From NCBI GenBank assembly GCA_053919585.1, contig CM132783.1: a stretch of DNA of 64,000 nt; one strand, written 5' to 3'. The notes beneath the pieces are model-generated. The model was given only the letters and a program-made list of their open reading frames with translations, did not search any database and was not told the origin of the DNA. The DNA is from Euprymna scolopes (lineage: Eukaryota). Position numbers and translations under genes: made by a program. Shown here piece after piece: positions 13,070 to 27,480 of the stretch (positions are counted from its first letter, which is position 1; every line of letters starts with the position of its first letter).

Positions 13070-13470
13070 CTGATATCTAAGTGCACACTTAAGAGGGCTA
13101 TGAGGGCTTAACCCCTTTAAAACTTCAAATATATATACTATTTTTATGAAATTTAAATCATATGTATCAAATTTTCTGGAGAAGACAAATTAGTCTAAGT
13201 AACATGAGACCGAATCTCTTAAAATTTTTAAATATATCCTATTTTCATAAAATTTATATCATATATATAAAATTCTCCAGGGAAAACAATGGAAGTCAAT
13301 CCTAAATCTCTACATGTACGGAATATTTACATGCCCCACCCTCTAAGTGACCTTAAAATATCTGATTCTTATGAAATTGAAATCACAACATTTCACAATT
13401 TTTGGCTATAACAGGGAAGAGAAGAAAGTAATATGGTGTAATGAGCATAGTGAAAAGGGTATACTAAACA
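13070..13470 (+). repeat. Dispersed repeat with internal subrepeats, probably Helitron-derived
   Basis: Matches 58940-59160 and 60340-60540; the latter ends ...GTTTTCTTG-CTAG|TATA near 60587. Confidence 0.55.
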
Positions 13471-14231
13471 ATTGACCCACGAGACAAATAAGATAAAGTG
13501 ATGTTATTAGTTTAATCCATAAATTAGACTGTTTATCCACCCCTTTTCTCTAAGGCAACCAAAGAAGATGAAACATGTAAAACGATATCAAGATTTTCTT
13601 TCCCTCTTTTTCATTCACAAGTTGATATCAACTACTGCTGCTGCTATCTATATCATTGTTTGAGATGGCATCCATGTTTAGTTAGTGAAATATCAAGCTA
13701 AGTAAACAACAACTACAGCAAAAAGAACAGTTAAAATAATTTAATCATCAGAATTACTGAGTTGACAATTTTTGCAGATTATTTATGGGAAAGGCTTGGC
13801 TTGAGAGCGTTTAACTATCTTAAACAACTTCAGTTTTAATTAAGAAAGTTAAAAACTAAAAAGACATCTAGTGTGAATGTTAGAGAAAGAGATCGAAAAT
13901 CATTTTTTGATGAAAACTAAAGTCATCTAACACTCATACTAGTGATATTTTCAGTTTTCAGAGAGAACTGCCATAAAAGAGAAAAAAAAAAGAATGCAAA
14001 ACAAGATGAAAAAAGAAGACAAAGAGAGAAAAAGAAACAGAAAATGAAAAGTTATGACAGGAAGAAAAAAAAAGAGGACGGTAAATAAACTCCAGCCAAA
14101 TAGCGACAAAAAATTATGAGGTAATGCTCAAGCAATTTAGTAGGAATCAGCTTTTGCTGGGTTAAAAAAAAGTGGAATTTCACTCGAAAGCAGAGAACTC
14201 ACCACCCTAAAGATATTGACAATTTTGCAAG

Positions 14232-14720
14232 TCATTGATTGAGATTGTTGGACTGACTTCCTCATCTTGTTATGTCCGAGAAACATGCTCGGACATAACA
14301 ACCTACTGAGCAAACCAAGCATAGAGCTGAATGCAATTTGGACACCTCTGATAGAGAGGGAAAACCTTGAATAACAACATAGGTTTAACATTAACAAAAA
14401 CCAACTAAGAATTGTCCTAGTGACATATGGCCGAGACGTTGTATCAAAGTTTACAGTTACCCAAAGGTGCTGAGTTCAATCCTGAACGAAGGCAGTTAAA
14501 AGTAACATTCAAAAACAGAGAATCAGCATGGAGTCCGAACACGGTACCCCCGTAATAATAATAAAGGGTTGGGTTCGAGACTCCTAACAAACGGTTCCCC
14601 AGTTCGATACAAAACACCTGATGAAGCCGAAACGTTGTGACTATAACAACCAAGATGAGGAAGGCAGTCCGACAATCTCAATCAATGAAAACACCTCATC
14701 TCAAAAATACAGACAATTAC
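14232..14720 (+). mobile_element. Short Penelope-like non-autonomous element with HHR-like core and inverted partial copy
   Basis: CTGATGA-AGCC-GAAAC at 14618-14633; 14232-14270 is the reverse complement of ~14648-14688; related copies near 30850-31420, 51190-51380 and 62990-63290. Confidence 0.5.
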
Positions 14721-15116
14721 TTTGCAAGTCATATCCAGATGTGCTTGAATCCGAAGCATATTGAATGATGATGAAACAAAGACTGTTAGAAATTCATTAC
14801 TGTAACTTGTTAGACATGCCAGGCATAGACAAAATATGGTTAATGTGCATTTATTTTGGATAATTTTGTAAAATCTAAAAAAATCTTAGGTGTTTGTCTC
14901 ACAACACTTTCCATAAGCGTTATCTCTTTGACCGATAAAGTTATAATCTTTTCTTTGGCAAGCAATCTAGTTTTAATAGGCTGGAATAGATTCTTTGCCA
15001 ATGATGAAATTCTTTTTATAAATCAATTAAATGGGGGAGAAAAAAAGAAAAAAAAAAGAAAACACTCCTTTTTCTCACTCAAATCATGTGCTAAACAATG
15101 TGGAAAACTCAGCATC

Positions 15117-15625
15117 CATCATCATCATCATCGTATTCAGTTTAAAGTCCATTTTCCATGTGGGCATGTATTGAATAGCTTTTAGAAATTGACTTACAAA
15201 CTAACCTATCTCTGGCCAGGTATTTATTTATTTCTCTGAAGATTATCCTTATCACTTTCTTCCATAGTTTTCTTAATCTTCCCCTGTTCTACATCCACTA
15301 GTCCAACAATTCTCATCAATTCTTTCGATATGGCCATACCATCAAATTTTCCTTTTCTGAAACCTTCCTATACTTTCCAGACATAACCTTCCTCCGAGGT
15401 CATCAGAACTAAACCTGTCAGTAAGACTCACATTACAAACCCATTGTATAATTCTCATATCATTTCTCTCCATGAATCGCATGTCCAACTCTCACTGGCC
15501 AAGTTTCACTTCAATAAGTCATCACACTGTACACATGTGCCCAATAGAATCATTCCTTTATCCACAATGGTAGTGTTCTGTTGATTACCAAATACAGGAG
15601 TTATCTGAATTTGTTCCATCTATTT
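15117..15625 (-). mobile_element. RTE-type LINE 3' remnant
   Basis: (CAT)n tail-like start; degenerate similarity to 20570-20890, 47990-48230 and 51720-51860, the last of which translates as MYRSHTWSMRVEDMCCMERNNMRIIRCMC (RTE C-terminal style). Confidence 0.45.
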
Positions 15626-16764
15626 TGCTCAAATTGTGTGCTAAATATGGAAAACTCAGATAACATTTAGGATATTATATTTTGTTTTGTATGTTTGATA
15701 ACATATCAACACTTTCGGAGTATTTTAAGGTTGAAACAAATACATGTAAACAAACAAAGCGTTTCTCAAGGTTTAGTTTCTCTTTCATTTGATATTCTTT
15801 TCTTACAAGTACTCACATACTTGGTTTATTATTAAAAAGTTAATAAACTAAAAGGAACCTAAATAGCATACTAGTGGAATGTAAATAGTGTAACTGTTAA
15901 ATTCTTCCAAATTTCAAGAGGGAACCCTACAGTCTATTTATCAAAAACATTTCAGGCTTTAATTTTCTTCGTGTCCACAAAGCTCACAGTTCCTGCAAAT
16001 CCTCAAATGACTGAGGGCACTCAATCTTTGATCATCTTCGGGATTATCTATTATCTACACACACTTTCATTAAAATTATACATAACAAACACAAAAAGAC
16101 ACTGAATTCGAACTTTAATTTTCAGAAGAACCCTTTTATTCAGCAATGGGTGTTACCTTGATTTTTGCTAGCAGCAGTAAGAAGATTGGGGATCGCAGAT
16201 TTTAAGGGCTTTGTCTTTATTTCACTAGTTGTCGATTTTTAAGTCATTTTTATCATGCCTGATTGTGTCAGCTGCAAAGTTAGACTATCTAAATCTTTAT
16301 AAGATTTTGCCTTTAAATTCTGTGACGTAATGTTTGCCAAATAATATTTTCCCAAATTTAGCTAATATTCACTCTGGGTTCAACAAGTTGATCTCTGCTG
16401 ACCTTTTGCCTATCACATTGCCTGTTATTTTCAAAACAATTGCTAACCTAATATTAATATAATTAGTATCTGCTACTTGTACAATATTTAACACAATGCT
16501 TGATGATAACCTATTCTATCACAGCGCTTAAACTAGAGTCTGTGCAAAGTTATGCATTTATGTTCACAAACGTCAAAAATCCTGAACAAAAATTATTATA
16601 GTAATGTCTTTTCTATTTTCATTAAAATGATTTGGACCCTATTTAAACAAGATAACATTTTCTTATTTACCGTTTCATTTAAATGAGACAAATTTATAAA
16701 TTTTTGCAAATATTAGAATGAATGGAAGAAGTCTTTAAATATAAAATTTAGTAAACTGAATTAC

Positions 16765-18062
16765 ATAAGAGGATGGCTCATCAAGAATTTTTTAACGCTA
16801 CACTTGAAGACAACCATATTGTCGTCAGTTGGAAAGCAGGAAAACGAAACAGTTTCACAGTCGTGCAGTTCTAAAAAATAAGTATTGTTCATGGAATCTA
16901 CATTTAGGCAGACATAGAATCTACAAATTAGGGAAATCTACAAATTAGGCACAGATAAAGAGTGAAAGAAATTATTAATAGTGGTTTCAAATAGACAAGT
17001 GTTTTTTTTAAAGTCAGGCCAGGGGGGAACCATAGATTGGAGCTCAGACGAACACTTGCCATGAAAATAAGGATAAAGCAGAGACAGGTTCGCAGTGTCT
17101 CTTCTGTGGAAAAGAGATTTCAGAGAAGAGAAAAGGGCATTCCCCACTAGGCTATGAAGTCTATTTTGAACCCTGTCAAGGCAGGATAAGCTAATTCTAG
17201 CAGCTTCTGCCAAATTGTGGCAATGTACTTGGCTCTTATATAGGTATAGAATTGCATCAGCACTGAGATATCTACTGGAGCGATAGAACGATCCCATCAT
17301 TTTTCCTGCAGCCTTGGCAATGGATTTGATGTACGTGTTCCATCTCAGACCAGGAGTAAAAGTCAGACCTTGAAGTTTGTCCAAGCATGGACCTCCCCCA
17401 GGATGAGAGCCATTTATTTCGATCGATGCCAGATGGTGATGGAAAGATAGAAGCTTGGTTTTAGATGCATTAGAAGTAACCAGTCAGCCACTGCTTCCCC
17501 ATTGCACCACGTGATCAAAATCAGAGGAAAGAGAACTTGGCCATTGACAGCGTCTGAAATGTTGCCATAGCTGATAGTGTCATCAGCACAAATGTCAACA
17601 AATGATCTTAGGATGTAATTTGGGAAATCATTGATGTAGATCAGGAAGAAAGTTGGGTCCAGGATGAACCCCTGAGGGACTCCAGCATTAATACTGTGAG
17701 TTTCTGATTTCTGCCCATCAACCACTATACTTATCAACCTATCAGAAAGAAATGATTTAATAATTGAAAATACATTTCCAGCTATACAGGAGATTTTGTG
17801 GAGTAGACCGTTATGTCATACCATATAAAAGCCCTTTCATATGTCAAGAGCAATAGTGCTAGAAAGGAAGCCTCCATCAAGAGATTCGCTAATCCTATGA
17901 GATATAACTATTAGTATATCTGCTGTAGATCTAACAGAACGGAATCCATATTGCATGTCACAGGAGATTATTTTTGCTAAGGTGGTTGATAACGTCTCTA
18001 TTTAACAGATTCCAACAACTTATTCATGATGCACAGAAGACTGATTAATCTGTATTGAAAGG
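16765..18062 (-). mobile_element. Decayed LINE RT region, same family as 3790-5487
   Basis: ORFs 17414-17737 (INAGVPQGFILDPTFFLIYINDF, CADDT) and 16938-17384. Confidence 0.9.
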
Positions 18063-19299
18063 GAGATATATATATTATTTTTGATAAAGTTTAATTTAGT
18101 TCAGAAAAGTTTGGTAATCCATCATGGAAATATTTTATTTGTTTATAAAATAGTGCTCAATATCAAGTAGACCTACATATTTATTTAGTATAAATGTTTT
18201 TTTATATAGATATTTTGGCTACATATGTGCATACATGCTTCAGTTGCAATTATATTTAGGATAAGCTACCTCAAGCCAACTTTCAATATCTCAACCTTGG
18301 AAACTTGACAAATTGGCCCGATAAAGCTTAGTCTAAATAATGGCTGCAGTTGAAACATATTCGTACATATGTAGCTCAAGATTGTTAATGTACACAAAAA
18401 TTAATATCATATTTTAATGTGTGTGTATATGCATATCCTGATGCGTGCATATAAGCAAGCCAGTAGTTCCTATACTTTTCTTTTCAAACGGGACAAATCT
18501 TTTCAGTTCGTTAAATTACAAATCAGAAGCAATAAGAAAGAATTCCAAAGAAAGTAAGAGATAAAATCGCCATTCTTAGAATTTGGTCACTGATGGGGAA
18601 AATGAAAAGAAGGGCAAAACTTTATAGGACAGAACTTTGCTGACCGGCTGCCAGGGTCGGAATACCTAAAAGGAAAGGTGCCAAAGTATCCGATTTTGTT
18701 CCAGGAGCAATCAATTCTGATACAAGTTTTATAGAACACAGATTACAGATACAAGAGTGTTAGGAAAGGCAGATAATAATTCTCTGACGTTATTTGTCTC
18801 GAGCGATAATTATCGAAGAAGAAAGAAGAAAAAGAAGAAGCAGTTAATAACGAATGTCTATAATGTTCAGAAATGATGAATTGTGCGTCAACATTTATGT
18901 GGGTTTTAAACATATATGAAGAGGAAGTTTCAAAACATTTTATGATCTTTAACAATTCTGGTTCAAATTATCTCAAGTTTTAACAGCATTTGTAGAAACA
19001 GGTAAATTACGTTTCATTTTAGTGACCTTCTTATAAGAAAGTTATACACGGTCAAGTGTAGGCTTGATGAAAGTGTTTCTGTGGAACAAACTGGAATCGA
19101 ACCTGGTACACCCAAGTCTCCAGTCTGTCAATCACTCAGCCAGCATCAGCCTCTTCTCAATTTTTATCTTACATTTTCAGACACAAGGTAACACCCCCAT
19201 CTCCACACACAAACATAAAACAAAATTCACAATCCTTTCAAATTTTTTTACTGAGAGTCCATGCTGGTGAATTATAAAGCAGCGTCGGCTCCAAACAAG

Positions 19300-19650
19300 T
19301 TTTTCTTGATCTGTTCCATGAAGACAGTTTTCTAAATGATTTTGTCGTTCCCAAAGAAAGGAGAGCTCAGTCAGACAAATAATTTTAGAGGCATCTCACT
19401 TACACCAATAGCTGCAAAAGTATACAACAGGATGCTCCTCCTTAGAATAACACTTGAAATGGAAGAAATGACCGGAAGAAATCAAAATGGGTTCAGAAAA
19501 GCCGCTCAAAAATCAGTCAAATTTTGAATGTTAAAAGAATTATCGAAGGAGTAAAATCAAAACAACTACCGGCAACATTAATGTTTGTAGATTTTTAAAA
19601 AACTTTTGATTCGGTTCAAAGAGAAAAAGAAACACATTTTATTGCCATAT
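19300..19650 (+). pseudogene. RTE-clade RT N-terminal fragment
   Basis: PKKGELSQTNNFRGISLTPIAAKVYNRMLL...QNGFRK, then RIIEGVK...LMFVDF*KTFDSV. Confidence 0.85.
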
Positions 19651-19797
19651 GAAAAAAGGCTGATCTGAAATTGCATTATTTTTTATTGCTTAAGACATAT
19701 TTTAGGCAAGCCCTTGTGGTTCATACGTAACATGATTGACTAAAAACAACCTAGTTGTGGGTTTGAATCTTGCTCCACTTAGCCACAAAAAATTTAA

Positions 19798-19841
<44 letters not shown>

Positions 19842-20726
19842 AAAACAATAAGAATGGAAAGTGAAGTCACAAAACTATATATTAGTAAATATAGAATGGT
19901 TCATTTATTCAATAAGGGTATACAAACATTTAGCTGGGGGATAGAGGGGACGGTTATAGAATTGAACTTACTCTCTTCTTCTAACTCACTAAGCTAGCTA
20001 TATATATATATGACTTTATTACAATGTATAAAAATGTATGTATTGTTATGTATAATATGTATGCATATGTGAATATGATATCTTGAATTATTGTATACAT
20101 ATAATCTTGAAACTGATATTAATCATCCCGACTCTGATATCAAGGAATTAATAAAGGATCCAAGAAAATGATTAACTGACAAAATGTGTCAATAAAATAT
20201 ACTCGAATGAAATTCTGCCAAACTACAGAAATAACGGAAGAGAATTGAATTTTATAATTAAGCTGGTTTTAATGGAAAACAGAATTGTTCGCAAAAAATG
20301 AACAAAAATTAATGCCTTATATCTATGAGCAAAAATGAAATTAAATCCCATCACTATTGCGTTGAATAAAAATAAATTTCCATAAAAAGGAATCCAACTA
20401 CAAATAATTCTGATCGTCATGCAGTGTTGAATGTCTATTTTACATGCTGACATGTGTTGGATGGCTTTTAGAAATTACTTCTAAACTAAGCTATATGTAC
20501 GGGTCTTTCTTTATAGAGCTTTCTCTCAAATATATCGTTATCATTCAGTGCCCTGTTTTTCTTGGTCTTCTCCTACAACCGCACCTGCTACCCCAATTGT
20601 TTTACAATTATAACCACTCAAACTCTCATCAATTCATTTAACATGACCATACCATCGAAGTCTACTTTCTGCACAGATTTGCCAATACTGTCTAGATTTA
20701 ATCTTCTTATAAAGCGATTAGATGCA

Positions 20727-21180
20727 AGTCTGCCTTTTACACACCCATTGTATCATTCTCATGCCATTTTTCTTCATGCAACACATATCCTCAATCCTCA
20801 CTGGACAAGTTTAACTGTAATACATCATCACACTACATGCACATAGCTTAAAGACTCTTCCCTTGATTGACAGTGGTAATGATCTGCTGGGTAAAAGAAA
20901 CCAGTGACATTAACCTTAGTGGTACCCAGAAGTCAGGGGAGATTACAATGTTATTATTTTGCAGTTCTTGTTTGAGCCGAAATATGTTAATCTGAATTTA
21001 AGTTAGGAACTTACTTGTCAACCTGATACAAGTCATATTATGATGTTTAGATTTTCCTCAATATTATTAACTTACATATATAATGATAAAGGAAAGTATT
21101 GTTTTTGGTTGGAAATAAATTTTACTAAGTTCACAAAACAGACTAATTTGACTGTCAGTAGTTCATTTGCAACTATTTAT
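20727..21180 (+). repeat. 454-bp unique segment, copy 1 of a tandem duplication
   Basis: Appears identical by eye to 26033-26486 (offset 5306). Confidence 0.95.
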
Positions 21181-24100
21181 TTAGATACTTTTACATTATC
21201 GTCACTTTAGATGCTTTTACATTATCGTCACTTTAGATGCTGTTACATTATCGTCACTTTAGATGCTGTTACATTATCGTCACTTTAGATGCTTTTACAT
21301 TATCGTCACTTTAGATGCTTTTACATTATCGTCACTTTAGATGCTTTTACATTATCGTCACTTTAGATGCTTTTACATTATCGTCACTTTAGATGCTTTT
21401 ACATTATCGTCACTTTAGATGCTTTTACATTATCGTCACTTTAGATGCTTTTACATTATCGTCACTTTAGATGCTTTTACATTATCGTCACTTTAGATGC
21501 TTTTACATTATCGTCACTTTAGATGCTTTTACATTATCGTCACTTTAGATGCTTTTACATTATCGTCACTTTAGATGCTTTTACATTATCGTCACTTTAG
21601 ATGCTTTTACATTATCGTCACTTTAGATGCTTTTACATTATCGTCACTTTAGATGCTTTTACATTATCGTCACTTTAGATGCTTTTACATTATCGTCACT
21701 TTAGATGCTTTTACATTATCGTCACTTTAGATGCTTTTACATTATCGTCACTTTAGATGCTTTTACATTATCGTCACTTTAGATGCTTTTACATTATCGT
21801 CACTTTAGATGCTTTTACATTATCGTCACTTTAGATGCTTTTACATTATCGTCACTTTAGATGCTTTTACATTATCGTCACTTTAGATGCTTTTACATTA
21901 TCGTCACTTTAGATGCTTTTACATTATCGTCACTTTAGATGCTTTTACATTATCGTCACTTTAGATGCTTTTACATTATCGTCACTTTAGATGCTTTTAC
22001 ATTATCGTCACTTTAGATGCTTTTACATTATCGTCACTTTAGATGCTTTTACATTATCGTCACTTTAGATGCTTTTACATTATCGTCACTTTAGATGCTT
22101 TTACATTATCGTCACTTTAGATGCTTTTACATTATCGTCACTTTAGATGCTTTTACATTATCGTCACTTTAGATGCTTTTACATTATCGTCACTTTAGAT
22201 GCTTTTACATTATCGTCACTTTAGATGCTTTTACATTATCGTCACTTTAGATGCTTTTACATTATCGTCACTTTAGATGCTTTTACATTATCGTCACTTT
22301 AGATGCTTTTACATTATCGTCACTTTAGATGCTTTTACATTATCGTCACTTTAGATGCTTTTACATTATCGTCACTTTAGATGCTTTTACATTATCGTCA
22401 CTTTAGATGCTTTTACATTATCGTCACTTTAGATGCTTTTACATTATCGTCACTTTAGATGCTTTTACATTATCGTCACTTTAGATGCTTTTACATTATC
22501 GTCACTTTAGATGCTTTTACATTATCGTCACTTTAGATGCTTTTACATTATCGTCACTTTAGATGCTTTTACATTATCGTCACTTTAGATGCTTTTACAT
22601 TATCGTCACTTTAGATGCTTTTACATTATCGTCACTTTAGATGCTTTTACATTATCGTCACTTTAGATGCTTTTACATTATCGTCACTTTAGATGCTTTT
22701 ACATTATCGTCACTTTAGATGCTTTTACATTATCGTCACTTTAGATGCTTTTACATTATCGTCACTTTAGATGCTTTTACATTATCGTCACTTTAGATGC
22801 TTTTACATTATCGTCACTTTAGATGCTTTTACATTATCGTCACTTTAGATGCTTTTACATTATCGTCACTTTAGATGCTTTTACATTATCGTCACTTTAG
22901 ATGCTTTTACATTATCGTCACTTTAGATGCTTTTACATTATCGTCACTTTAGATGCTTTTACATTATCGTCACTTTAGATGCTTTTACATTATCGTCACT
23001 TTAGATGCTTTTACATTATCGTCACTTTAGATGCTTTTACATTATCGTCACTTTAGATGCTTTTACATTATCGTCACTTTAGATGCTTTTACATTATCGT
23101 CACTTTAGATGCTTTTACATTATCGTCACTTTAGATGCTTTTACATTATCGTCACTTTAGATGCTTTTACATTATCGTCACTTTAGATGCTTTTACATTA
23201 TCGTCACTTTAGATGCTTTTACATTATCGTCACTTTAGATGCTTTTACATTATCGTCACTTTAGATGCTTTTACATTATCGTCACTTTAGATGCTTTTAC
23301 ATTATCGTCACTTTAGATGCTTTTACATTATCGTCACTTTAGATGCTTTTACATTATCGTCACTTTAGATGCTTTTACATTATCGTCACTTTAGATGCTT
23401 TTACATTATCGTCACTTTAGATGCTTTTACATTATCGTCACTTTAGATGCTTTTACATTATCGTCACTTTAGATGCTTTTACATTATCGTCACTTTAGAT
23501 GCTTTTACATTATCGTCACTTTAGATGCTTTTACATTATCGTCACTTTAGATGCTTTTACATTATCGTCACTTTAGATGCTTTTACATTATCGTCACTTT
23601 AGATGCTTTTACATTATCGTCACTTTAGATGCTTTTACATTATCGTCACTTTAGATGCTTTTACATTATCGTCACTTTAGATGCTTTTACATTATCGTCA
23701 CTTTAGATGCTTTTACATTATCGTCACTTTAGATGCTTTTACATTATCGTCACTTTAGATGCTTTTACATTATCGTCACTTTAGATGCTTTTACATTATC
23801 GTCACTTTAGATGCTTTTACATTATCGTCACTTTAGATGCTTTTACATTATCGTCACTTTAGATGCTTTTACATTATCGTCACTTTAGATGCTTTTACAT
23901 TATCGTCACTTTAGATGCTTTTACATTATCGTCACTTTAGATGCTTTTACATTATCGTCACTTTAGATGCTTTTACATTATCGTCACTTTAGATGCTTTT
24001 ACATTATCGTCACTTTAGATGCTTTTACATTATCGTCACTTTAGATGCTTTTACATTATCGTCACTTTAGATGCTTTTACATTATCGTCACTTTAGATGC

Positions 24101-26009
24101 TTTTACATTATCGTCACTTTAGATGCTTTTACATTATCGTCACTTTAGATGCTTTTACATTATCGTCACTTTAGATGCTTTTACATTATCGTCACTTTAG
24201 ATGCTTTTACATTATCGTCACTTTAGATGCTTTTACATTATCGTCACTTTAGATGCTTTTACATTATCGTCACTTTAGATGCTTTTACATTATCGTCACT
24301 TTAGATGCTTTTACATTATCGTCACTTTAGATGCTTTTACATTATCGTCACTTTAGATGCTTTTACATTATCGTCACTTTAGATGCTTTTACATTATCGT
24401 CACTTTAGATGCTTTTACATTATCGTCACTTTAGATGCTTTTACATTATCGTCACTTTAGATGCTTTTACATTATCGTCACTTTAGATGCTTTTACATTA
24501 TCGTCACTTTAGATGCTTTTACATTATCGTCACTTTAGATGCTTTTACATTATCGTCACTTTAGATGCTTTTACATTATCGTCACTTTAGATGCTTTTAC
24601 ATTATCGTCACTTTAGATGCTTTTACATTATCGTCACTTTAGATGCTTTTACATTATCGTCACTTTAGATGCTTTTACATTATCGTCACTTTAGATGCTT
24701 TTACATTATCGTCACTTTAGATGCTTTTACATTATCGTCACTTTAGATGCTTTTACATTATCGTCACTTTAGATGCTTTTACATTATCGTCACTTTAGAT
24801 GCTTTTACATTATCGTCACTTTAGATGCTTTTACATTATCGTCACTTTAGATGCTTTTACATTATCGTCACTTTAGATGCTTTTACATTATCGTCACTTT
24901 AGATGCTTTTACATTATCGTCACTTTAGATGCTTTTACATTATCGTCACTTTAGATGCTTTTACATTATCGTCACTTTAGATGCTTTTACATTATCGTCA
25001 CTTTAGATGCTTTTACATTATCGTCACTTTAGATGCTTTTACATTATCGTCACTTTAGATGCTTTTACATTATCGTCACTTTAGATGCTTTTACATTATC
25101 GTCACTTTAGATGCTTTTACATTATCGTCACTTTAGATGCTTTTACATTATCGTCACTTTAGATGCTTTTACATTATCGTCACTTTAGATGCTTTTACAT
25201 TATCGTCACTTTAGATGCTTTTACATTATCGTCACTTTAGATGCTTTTACATTATCGTCACTTTAGATGCTTTTACATTATCGTCACTTTAGATGCTTTA
25301 ACATTATCGTCACTTTAGATGCTTTAACATTATCGTCACTTTAGATGCTTTTACATTATCGTCACTTTAGATGCTTTTACATTATCGTCACTTTAGATGC
25401 TTTTACATTATCGTCACTTTAGATGCTTTTACATTATCGTCACTTTAGATGCTTTTACATTATCGTCACTTTAGATGCTTTTACATTATCGTCACTTTAG
25501 ATGCTTTTACATTATCGTCACTTTAGATGCTTTTACATTATCGTCACTTTAGATGCTTTTACATTATCGTCACTTTAGATGCTTTTACATTATCGTCACT
25601 TTAGATGCTTTTACATTATCGTCACTTTAGATGCTTTTACATTATCGTCACTTTAGATGCTTTTACATTATCGTCACTTTAGATGCTTTTACATTATCGT
25701 CACTTTAGATGCTTTTACATTATCGTCACTTTAGATGCTTTTACATTATCGTCACTTTAGATGCTTTTACATTATCGTCACTTTAGATGCTTTTACATTA
25801 TCGTCACTTTAGATGCTTTTACATTATCGTCACTTTAGATGCTTTTACATTATCGTCACTTTAGATGCTTTTACATTATCGTCACTTTAGATGCTTTTAC
25901 ATTATCGTCACTTTAGATGCTTTTACATTATCGTCACTTTAGATGCTTTTACATTATCGTCACTTTAGATGCTTTTACATTATCGTCACTTTAGATACTT
26001 TTACATTAT
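21181..26009 (+). repeat. 26-bp satellite array, 185 full units (TTAGATGCTTTTACATTATCGTCACT)
   Basis: 21181-25990 = 4810 bp = 185 x 26; nearly invariant, with variants only near the ends. Confidence 0.98.
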
Positions 26010-26032
26010 GTAATACTTTTACATTAGATACT

Positions 26033-26866
26033 AGTCTGCCTTTTACACACCCATTGTATCATTCTCATGCCATTTTTCTTCATGCAACACATATCCTCAA
26101 TCCTCACTGGACAAGTTTAACTGTAATACATCATCACACTACATGCACATAGCTTAAAGACTCTTCCCTTGATTGACAGTGGTAATGATCTGCTGGGTAA
26201 AAGAAACCAGTGACATTAACCTTAGTGGTACCCAGAAGTCAGGGGAGATTACAATGTTATTATTTTGCAGTTCTTGTTTGAGCCGAAATATGTTAATCTG
26301 AATTTAAGTTAGGAACTTACTTGTCAACCTGATACAAGTCATATTATGATGTTTAGATTTTCCTCAATATTATTAACTTACATATATAATGATAAAGGAA
26401 AGTATTGTTTTTGGTTGGAAATAAATTTTACTAAGTTCACAAAACAGACTAATTTGACTGTCAGTAGTTCATTTGCAACTATTTATTTAGATACTTTTAC
26501 ATTATCGTCACTTTAGATACTTTTACATTATCGTCACTTTAGATACTTTTACATTATCGTCACTTTAGATACTTTTACATTATCGTCACTTTAGATACTT
26601 TTACATTATCGTCACTTTAGATACTTTTACATTATCGTCACTTTAGATACTTTTACATTATCGTCACTTTAGATACTTTTACATTATCGTCACTTTAGAT
26701 ACTTTTACATTATCGTCACTTTAGATACTTTTACATTATCGTCACTTTAGATACTTTTACATTATCGTCACTTTAGATACTTTTACATTATCGTCACTTT
26801 AGATACTTTTACATTATCGTCACTTTAGATACTTTTACATTATTTAATACTTTTACATTAGATACT
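26033..26866 (+). repeat. Copy 2 of duplication: 454-bp flank plus 13 units of the A-variant 26-mer
   Basis: 26487-26824 = 13 x TTAGATACTTTTACATTATCGTCACT; same degenerate tail as array 1. Confidence 0.95.
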
Positions 26867-27029
26867 TTTACCTTATTATACCTTGTAAAACTTATGTAAA
26901 AGCATAATATAACAACATTTTCAGAATAAATTCTAAAATTTCTTAAACAAAAAACAGGAAAAAATATTTTATTTTAAAAATATAAGATATATTAAAAGAA
27001 AATAAGAAACTCCCAAAATTTGTTGCACG

Positions 27030-27480
27030 AATGCACTTTTCTTTCTAATAACCGTTAGCTATTGTCAACATTTAATGTAAGATTTGCAATTTTTGTTGCT
27101 GATTGTGTACAGCAATTTTACCTGACTTACGAAGGTCACTCATGCTGCTGAATTTTCTATAAGAATGAATTCATCTCTTGATAATGCTCCACAGGTTCTC
27201 AATGAGATTCAAGCCAACTATTTGAAGGCCAGCCCATAAGAGAATCTTGAACAAATCCGTTTTCATTCAACCAGCATTTAGTAAACTTTGATGTATGACT
27301 TGGTGTGTTCTTTTGTATAAAGATCATGGATCAATGCTTAGGTAAAGACTAGTTATGAAGATATTCAAAGAAATGTTGATCTAGAAAATCACAGTAACAT
27401 TTGGAATTCATTTTTACCCCATCTGTCACTTTAAGTGAATTCACAAACTCCATACTAATCATCCCAGCTCATATCATGAT
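27030..27480 (-). pseudogene. Tc1 transposase C-terminal fragment
   Basis: Minus-strand translation gives FIQKNTPSHTSK and LNLIENLWSIIKR (Tc1 QDNAPxH and DLNPIENLW motifs). Confidence 0.7.

Noticed and set aside
26031-26036. CTAG|TC at the duplication junction suggesting a Helitron rolling-circle concatemer
   Set aside because: There is no upstream GC hairpin, copy 2 does not end in CTAG, and the motif is explained by the microhomology join.
21181-26824. CRISPR-like array
   Set aside because: Units are contiguous with no unique spacers, there are no cas genes, and the context is eukaryotic; this is a satellite.
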